Assembly (NCBI GenBank): GCA_002792495.1
Contig: PFOK01000137.1
Coordinates: forward strand, 1-41,153
Source: Candidatus Peregrinibacteria bacterium CG_4_10_14_0_2_um_filter_43_11
GTDB taxonomy: Bacteria; Patescibacteriota; Gracilibacteria; UM-FILTER-43-11
Direction: 5' to 3'
DNA: 41,153 bases
This document shows positions 36,355 to 41,153 of this stretch, one piece after another. Position 1 is the stretch's first letter, and every line of letters starts with the position of its first letter. Below the pieces are notes generated by a model. The model made no database searches. It was not told where the DNA came from and was given only the letters and a program-made list of their open reading frames with translations. The position numbers and the translations under genes are program-made.

Positions 36355-36651
36355 TTATTTTTTAGAAAATTTATTAAAATCAATAAGTTGTTTGGCATCG
36401 ATTGTTACGACTGCCTTTCTGCGTGCGGGACGTTTGGTGATAGAACGACCACGACCCACCACACGGACTTTTTTTAGAACCAGGATAAAGTTCACCGCTT
36501 TGACGGCTACCCCGTACATTTTTTCAACCGCTTTCCTCACTTCAATTTTATTCGCGTTGAGATGAACAAAAAAAGTGTATTTATGAGCCGCTTGCTGAGA
36601 AGTGGTTTTTTCGGTAACGACCGGTGATAATAAAACGTGAGAGTAGTCCAT
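36355..36651 (-). CDS. rplW: 50S ribosomal protein L23
   Basis: LLSPVVTEKTT...FFVHLNANKIEVRKAVEKMYGVAV. Confidence 0.92.
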   Translation of the reverse strand: MDYSHVLLSPVVTEKTTSQQAAHKYTFFVHLNANKIEVRKAVEKMYGVAVKAVNFILVLKKVRVVGRGRSITKRPARRKAVVTIDAKQLIDFNKFSKK

Positions 36652-36688
36652 AATTTAGATTAACGATTAAGAAAAATCGGTATATCGT

Positions 36689-37315
36689 TTAATTTAAAAA
36701 AAGTTCCTCAGCCTTTTTAAGAGCGGGCTCAAGGAACATTATTTTTTCGTATTTGAGAAGGTCAAAAATATTAAGATAATTGACAAGAATGGTTTTAACA
36801 TTAGGCAGATTATTGGCGGATTTTTCCAAATTAGAATCTTTTTCGGAAAGCACTACCAGCAAGGAGCGTTCAACAGGCAACTTGCCAACCATATCCATAA
36901 AAACTTTTGTTTTGGGAGTTTTCACTTCAAAGGAATCCAAAACAAACACGCTTCCCTCGGTGGCTTTTTGAGAAAGGCTGGAAAAAAGAGCCAAACGACG
37001 TGCTTTTTTAGGAAGGTTTTTAGAATAATTTGCTTCGCCGATGGGTCCGAAAACAATTCCACCACCACGCCAGATCGGGTTACGGCTGGAACCGAAACGC
37101 GCGCGACCGGTGCCTTTTTGACGCCAGGGTTTTTTACCACCCCCGCGAACTTCTCCGCGCGTTTTGGTACAAGCATTTGACTGGCGGGCGTTAGCCTGCT
37201 GACGCAAAACAGCCAAACGAATAAGTTCCTCATGTACGGGGACTTGAAACATGGAATCACTGACATCGACAGTGCCTTTTTTTGCGCCGGATTGTTCGTA
37301 AAGGTCTAATTTCAT
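36689..37315 (-). CDS. rplD: 50S ribosomal protein L4
   Basis: TKTRGEVRGGGKKPWRQKGTGRAR.GS.R.PIWRGGG. Confidence 0.94.
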   Translation of the reverse strand: MKLDLYEQSGAKKGTVDVSDSMFQVPVHEELIRLAVLRQQANARQSNACTKTRGEVRGGGKKPWRQKGTGRARFGSSRNPIWRGGGIVFGPIGEANYSKNLPKKARRLALFSSLSQKATEGSVFVLDSFEVKTPKTKVFMDMVGKLPVERSLLVVLSEKDSNLEKSANNLPNVKTILVNYLNIFDLLKYEKIMFLEPALKKAEELFLN

Positions 37316-37344
37316 AGCAATGTGAGCTTTTAAATCTTTATAAT

Positions 37345-37926
37345 TTAACGATTGTAGAGATAAACGTAAGAGTTGTTAGCCCCCGGAATAGGGCCTTTGA
37401 CAGCAATGAGATTTTTTTCGGAAATCAAATTCATAATAGGAACATCTTTTAAAGTAACCCTTTGCACACCCATATGACCTGGTAGTTTTGTCCCCTTCTT
37501 AACGCGACCCGGCTTGGCACAAGTACCAATGGAACCAGGTTCACGATGATGGTGAGAACCATGACTGGCGGGGCCACCATGGAAACCATGACGTTTCATT
37601 ACCCCCTGGTAACCCTTACCCTTGGAAACTCCAACCACATTGACTGTCTCGACCTCTTTTAGAAAGGAAAGATCCACGGTTTGACCGATTTGATAATCCT
37701 CCGGTTTTTCAACACGAAATTCTTTGAGTTGCTTGAATTTTTTGTTCTTTGAAGGATTTTTGTACGCATCAAACCCCAGGACTATCGCCGGATATCCACC
37801 CTTATCCTCAGTCTTTAGCTGAACCACAACATTGGGTTCACACTTGATAAAGGTAACGGGGATCACACGACCATCGTCTTGAATGATTTGACTCATTCCG
37901 AGTTTTTTGCCGATAATTCCACACAT
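37345..37926 (-). CDS. rplC: 50S ribosomal protein L3
   Basis: GIIGKKLGMSQI...VIPVT ... GKGYQGVMKRHGF.GGPASHG. Confidence 0.94.
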   Translation of the reverse strand: MCGIIGKKLGMSQIIQDDGRVIPVTFIKCEPNVVVQLKTEDKGGYPAIVLGFDAYKNPSKNKKFKQLKEFRVEKPEDYQIGQTVDLSFLKEVETVNVVGVSKGKGYQGVMKRHGFHGGPASHGSHHHREPGSIGTCAKPGRVKKGTKLPGHMGVQRVTLKDVPIMNLISEKNLIAVKGPIPGANNSYVYLYNR

Positions 37927-38004
37927 AAGCTTTAGTGGTTAAGGGAGGTCGGACTTTGGTTCCACAAGGGAGCCTTCCTCTCTAAAATAACATAATGCTC
38001 GACT

Positions 38005-38032
38005 ATTTTACCGATTAAACAAGCGAAGTCAA
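38005..38032 (-). promoter_or_regulatory. Candidate sigma70-type promoter for the rplC...operon
   Basis: Minus strand: TTGACT (plus 38027-32), 16-nt spacer, TAAAAT (plus 38005-10). The predicted ~70-nt leader contains hairpin GGCTCC-cttgt-GGAACC. Confidence 0.4.
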
Positions 38033-38076
38033 GAAAAAAGTCGACTTTTATTAGACAAGTTGTCGAGAATCGATTA

Positions 38077-38096
38077 TCTATCGGTCATCCCATTGG
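38077..38096 (-). repeat. CCAATGGG-type motif array (locus 3), minus orientation
   Basis: Minus strand reads CCAATGGG-atga-CCGATAGA (plus 38089-96 and 38077-84), about 45 nt upstream of the candidate rplC -35. Confidence 0.6.
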
Positions 38097-38243
38097 TTCA
38101 ATCAGATCGTTCGCTCAACCCCCTCATCACCCGTCCGAGAGACCCGCCGGGCCAGTTCAGCCTGTTCTCAAAACGGCAGATGGGAAAACCGGGGTTTATT
38201 TAGTAGTCCACCGACCCATTCAAATCACGACCAAATAAAATTA

Positions 38244-38252
38244 TGTTATACT
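38244..38252 (+). promoter_or_regulatory. Candidate extended -10 promoter for the HAD gene (TGtTATACT)
   Basis: TG 38244-45, TATACT 38247-52, 50 nt upstream of ATG 38302. Confidence 0.3.
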
Positions 38253-38262
38253 CCTCTGTGCA

Positions 38263-38291
38263 CTGCCTGCCCGTTCCGTTCAGGCGGGTAG
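38263..38291 (+). promoter_or_regulatory. Leader hairpin directly upstream of the HAD start codon
   Basis: CTGCCTGCC (38263-71) pairs with GGCGGGTAG (38283-91): 9 bp including 2 G-U, 11-nt loop. Ends 10 nt before the ATG. Confidence 0.35.
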
Positions 38292-38301
38292 CACTGAATA
38301 T

Positions 38302-38952
38302 ATGAAAGCTTTAATTTTCGACATGGACGGCGTACTGATCGACAGCGAAATCTACTGGCAACAGGAGGAATTCAACATGATCAAAAAACTCGTACCCAAT
38401 TGGCAACGCAAAGACCAAGCGAAAATTGTGGGCTTGAGTGTAGAAACGATGTACCATTTGCTCCATGATGAATACGGACTGCCGATGACGTGGGAAGAAT
38501 TTTTAAAAGCGATTGATAAGGTGGCGCTAATGATTTTTAAGGAACGAACGAATTTACTCACCGGCGCGAAAGAATTATTGAAAGATGTAAAAGGGAAGGT
38601 ACCGATAGGCCTAAGTACCTCCGCCAGACGAAGTTGGATTGAGGTGGTATTTGAAAAATTTAACCTCGCTCCCTATTTTGATGTAACCGTAAGTTTTGAA
38701 GAAATTGAAGGAGAGGGCAAACCCGCACCCGATATCTATTTACACACGGCAAAAATCCTCGGCGTAAACGCCAAAGAATGTGTGGTGATCGAAGATTCAA
38801 CAAATGGCGTGATGTCCGCCAAGGCCGCCGGCATGTTTTGTGTGGGCTTACGAAACGGCTTTAACGACGAAGCCGACCTTTCCGGAGCGGATGTAGAAGC
38901 GAAGGGATTAAAAGAATTGGATTGGAAGAAATTAAAAAGCTTCCTCCAATAA
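38302..38952 (+). CDS. HAD-superfamily (subfamily IA, beta-phosphoglucomutase-like) phosphatase
   Basis: Motif I LIFDMDGVLIDSE, motif II GLSTSA, motif III/IV GKPAPDIY ... VIEDSTNGVMSAKAAGM. Confidence 0.85.
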   Translation: MKALIFDMDGVLIDSEIYWQQEEFNMIKKLVPNWQRKDQAKIVGLSVETMYHLLHDEYGLPMTWEEFLKAIDKVALMIFKERTNLLTGAKELLKDVKGKVPIGLSTSARRSWIEVVFEKFNLAPYFDVTVSFEEIEGEGKPAPDIYLHTAKILGVNAKECVVIEDSTNGVMSAKAAGMFCVGLRNGFNDEADLSGADVEAKGLKELDWKKLKSFLQ

Positions 38953-39213
38953 GTCTTCATATTTTGGATTTAGAAAAGTGTACTTCCAATCTTCAGGCAT
39001 GTTGTGTTTTTGAATCTGGTATTCAAGATATTTGAAGTGAGTCATAAAATCATGTTCATTGCGAATGGTATGATCGTGAAATGATTTATGCCATCGGAAT
39101 TGGGGAAAAGGGTGAGAATGGGGATATTTTTGAAGAAATTGGGTTCGATATTTTTTTAATATTCCACGGAATTGAAGGCACGGATAATTATCCGCGCCTT
39201 CAATGTAACCCAT
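38932..39213 (-). pseudogene. Relic of a RAYT / IS200-like (COG1943, Y1 transposase family) gene, C-terminal two-thirds without HUH motif (copy B)
   Basis: 93-aa ORF ...FRWHKSFHDHTIRNEHDFMTHFKYLEYQIQKHNMPEDWKYTFLNP.... The in-frame upstream extension hits a stop after 23 codons and shows no H-x-H motif. Paralogous to 10196-10426. Confidence 0.55.
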
Positions 39214-39246
39214 ATTAATGAGCCTTGGAACAATTGAGCGTGCGTA

Positions 39247-39293
39247 GCAAAGATGCCGCTTCGGGTCTTGCGGGTCCCGAAGTCAGACTTTGC
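39247..39293. repeat. Extended GC-rich imperfect palindrome (REP-like stem-loop) next to transposase relic B
   Basis: Outer stem GCAAAG (39247-52)/CTTTGC (39288-93). Inner stem CTTCGGG (39259-65)/CCCGAAG (39276-82) with 10-nt loop. Confidence 0.5.
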
Positions 39294-39341
39294 GAAGCCA
39301 AGCAAAATTGAAGAAAGGCGAATACAAATATTTTGGAAAGA

Positions 39342-39368
39342 CCGAAAACCTTTTTTAAAGGTTTTCGG
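39342..39368 (-). terminator. Intrinsic terminator-like hairpin directly after rpsJ
   Basis: Perfect 9-bp stem CCGAAAACC (39342-50)/GGTTTTCGG (39360-68) with a 9-nt A/T loop, 5 nt after the rpsJ stop. On the minus strand it is followed by TCTTTCC. Confidence 0.55.
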
Positions 39369-39373
39369 ATAAA

Positions 39374-39706
39374 TTACATCATCTTTATCTCAATATCCAC
39401 ACCGGCAGGCAAAGCAAGACAGGTGAGCGCTTCGATAGTGGCAGGTGTTGTTTCACGCAGGTCAATCAGACGTTTGTGAATGCGCATTTCGAACTGTTCG
39501 CGGGAATCTTTAGAAACGAAAGTGGATTTATTAACCGTAAATTTTTTAATCTTGGTGGGCAATGGAATAGGACCGGCAATAATAGCCCCTGTACGCTCGG
39601 ATGTTTCGATGATAACTTTTACCGCTTTATCAATGATGGTGTGATCAAACGATTTTAACGTAATACGGATACGTTGCTCTTTTTGATCATCTTTCTTTTT
39701 AGCCAT
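39374..39706 (-). CDS. rpsJ: 30S ribosomal protein S10
   Basis: [41 protein letters not shown]...[12 protein letters not shown]. Confidence 0.95.
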   Translation of the reverse strand: MAKKKDDQKEQRIRITLKSFDHTIIDKAVKVIIETSERTGAIIAGPIPLPTKIKKFTVNKSTFVSKDSREQFEMRIHKRLIDLRETTPATIEALTCLALPAGVDIEIKMM

Positions 39707-39773
39707 GGTGCAATGATTTTAAATGACGTGCCCCGCAAAACTTGGGGGTATGGGTCAGAAATAAACTTTATTT

Positions 39774-39807
39774 CCTCCCCTTCTTCGCCAAGGCTTCGAA
39801 GGGGAGG
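39774..39807 (-). terminator. Strong GC hairpin after tuf (terminator-like, no classical U tract)
   Basis: CCTCCCCTTC (39774-83)/GAAGGGGAGG (39798-807), 10 bp, 14-nt loop, beginning 8 nt after the tuf stop. Confidence 0.45.
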
Positions 39808-39815
39808 ATAAAAAT

Positions 39816-41009
39816 CTATTTTTTAATCTTGGTGACAACACCGGCTCCTACAGTACGACCTCCTTCGCGGATAGCGAAACGGGTTCCCAGATCAAGAGCG
39901 ATTGGTTTACCAAGGGCAATATCCAATTTAATGTTGTCTCCGGGCATAACCATTTCGACACCTTCCGGCAAAATCACTTCACCGGTAACATCGGTTGTGC
40001 GAATGTAGAATTGAGGTTTGTAACCCTTAAAGAAAGGAGTGTGACGACCACCTTCTTCTTTGGATAGGATATAAACTTCGGCTTCGCATTCGGTATGAGG
40101 GGTAATACTGCCTGGTTTAGCCAATACCTGACCACGTTCTACGTCATCGCGTTCAATACCGCGCAAAAGCAAACCAACGTTATCCCCCGCCTGGCCTTGA
40201 TCGAGAAGTTTACGGAACATTTCCACGCCGGTAACAACCACTTTACGAGTGTCGGTCAAACCAACAATTTCAACTTCTTCGTTGATTTTAACGATGCCCT
40301 GATCAATACGACCGGTAGCAACCGTACCACGTCCTTTGATAGAAAAAACATCCTCTACAGACATGAGGAAAGGTTTGTCCAAATCACGTTTTGGATCAGG
40401 GATGTATTCATCCAGCTTATTAAGAAGCTCAAGAATGGGTTCCGCATCGGGACCGGTTGGATTTTCGAGAGCTTTTAAAGCGGAACCGCGAACGATAGGA
40501 GTATCATCACCGGGGTATTCATATTTACTAAGAAGTTCACGAATTTCCATTTCAACAAGGTCAAGAAGTTCAGGATCATCCACCGTGTCGCATTTATTCA
40601 TAAACACAACAATGTAAGGAACGTTTACCTGACGAGCCAACAAGATGTGTTCACGAGTCTGAGGCATGGGACCGTCAGCCGCAGAAACCACCAAGATCGC
40701 GCCATCCATCTGAGCGGCACCCGTAATCATGTTCTTAACGTAATCCGCATGTCCGGGACAATCCACGTGAGCGTAATGACGTTTTGAGGTTTCGTACTCC
40801 TGATGAGAAGTGGCGATAGTGATACCGCGTTCTCTTTCTTCCGGAGCGTTATCGATTTGGTCAAACGCGACCGCTTTATTAAGACCACCCATTTTAGCGG
40901 CGGCAACGGAAGTAATAGCGGCAGTCAATGTGGTTTTACCATGATCCACGTGACCAATAGTACCTACATTCACGTGAGGTTTACTGCGATCAAATGTTCC
41001 TTCAGCCAT
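39816..41009 (-). CDS. tuf: Elongation factor Tu
   Basis: [28 protein letters not shown]; full-length 397 aa. Confidence 0.98.
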   Translation of the reverse strand: MAEGTFDRSKPHVNVGTIGHVDHGKTTLTAAITSVAAAKMGGLNKAVAFDQIDNAPEERERGITIATSHQEYETSKRHYAHVDCPGHADYVKNMITGAAQMDGAILVVSAADGPMPQTREHILLARQVNVPYIVVFMNKCDTVDDPELLDLVEMEIRELLSKYEYPGDDTPIVRGSALKALENPTGPDAEPILELLNKLDEYIPDPKRDLDKPFLMSVEDVFSIKGRGTVATGRIDQGIVKINEEVEIVGLTDTRKVVVTGVEMFRKLLDQGQAGDNVGLLLRGIERDDVERGQVLAKPGSITPHTECEAEVYILSKEEGGRHTPFFKGYKPQFYIRTTDVTGEVILPEGVEMVMPGDNIKLDIALGKPIALDLGTRFAIREGGRTVGAGVVTKIKK

Positions 41010-41030
41010 AATATTTTTAATTAAAAATTA

Positions 41031-41110
41031 AAGATTCAATATTCAACTCAGGACTCAAAATTGGAAAATTCAAGATTGATTTTGAATCTTAAATTTTGAA
41101 TCTTGAATAT
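41031..41110. repeat. Cluster of direct and inverted TTGAATCTT/AAGATTCAA repeats upstream of tuf
   Basis: AAGATTCAA 41031-39, CAAGATTGA 41071-79, ATTTTGAATCTT twice (ending at 41090 and 41104). Confidence 0.6.
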
Positions 41111-41153
41111 TAAATAAATGAAAAGCACGAGGATTTTAACAAACGGACTCTTG

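Noticed and set aside
38140-38200. Possible SRP (4.5S) RNA: GCCAGTTCAG...GGCAGATGG resembles CCAGGUCAGG...GGCAGAUGA of E. coli 4.5S
   Set aside because: The GGAA tetraloop and AGCAGCC symmetric-loop motif are absent, and no long closing helix can be drawn on either strand.
41110-41153. Possible tRNA or gene end at the right window edge
   Set aside because: There are no D-loop/T-loop consensus sequences (no GGTTCGAATCC-like element) on either strand, and too little sequence to call a CDS.
1-41153. CRISPR arrays, rRNA genes, tRNA genes, intact IS elements or prophage
   Set aside because: I noticed no regularly spaced repeats of 24 nt or longer, no rRNA-like conserved stretches, no cloverleaf candidates in the intergenic gaps, and no intact transposase or integrase ORF.

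Overview
This is a 41.2-kb bacterial fragment that reads cleanly with the standard genetic code. Several traits suggest a small-genome CPR/Patescibacteria-like organism (inference only): a DUF4012-type protein, no L30 gene between S5 and L15, long charged tails on several r-proteins, almost no Shine-Dalgarno motifs, and short A/T-rich spacers. Left end (1-2295): a markedly AT-rich Vsr / C5-cytosine methyltransferase / type II restriction endonuclease cassette, with the endonuclease split by a 1-nt homopolymer frameshift. Minus strand 7332-2308: a tight co-directional block of a GTG-started Arg/Ala-rich unknown gene, two overlapping unknown ORFs (probably one frameshifted gene) and a DnaQ-exonuclease::DinG-helicase fusion. 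This block is my best candidate for an undescribed system. 7.4-21.3 kb: housekeeping genes (ldh, DUF4012, SOD-like, dnaJ, S41 protease, DUF192, O-methyltransferase, orphan GHKL ATPase, PPC/DUF296, nrdR, dGTPase-like, MscS, polyprenol-kinase-like, yraN, PEGA protein). 21.3-41.0 kb, minus strand: the tuf - rpsJ // rplC...rplQ - rplM - rpsI r-protein/rpoA/secY supercluster. S10 is cut off from L3 by a 1.45-kb insert carrying an opposite-strand HAD phosphatase and a relic of a RAYT/IS200-like (Y1 transposase) gene. A second relic of the same gene lies at 10.2 kb. Noncoding signals: 12-nt-spaced CCAATGGG arrays upstream of three promoters, a repeat-dense dnaJ leader, mutually exclusive hairpins with a T-run at 10.5 kb, a REP-like stem-loop beside one transposase relic, and TGnTAnAAT extended -10 promoters. 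I found no rRNA, tRNA or CRISPR array. All calls come from reading the sequence and ORF translations by eye; no searches were run.
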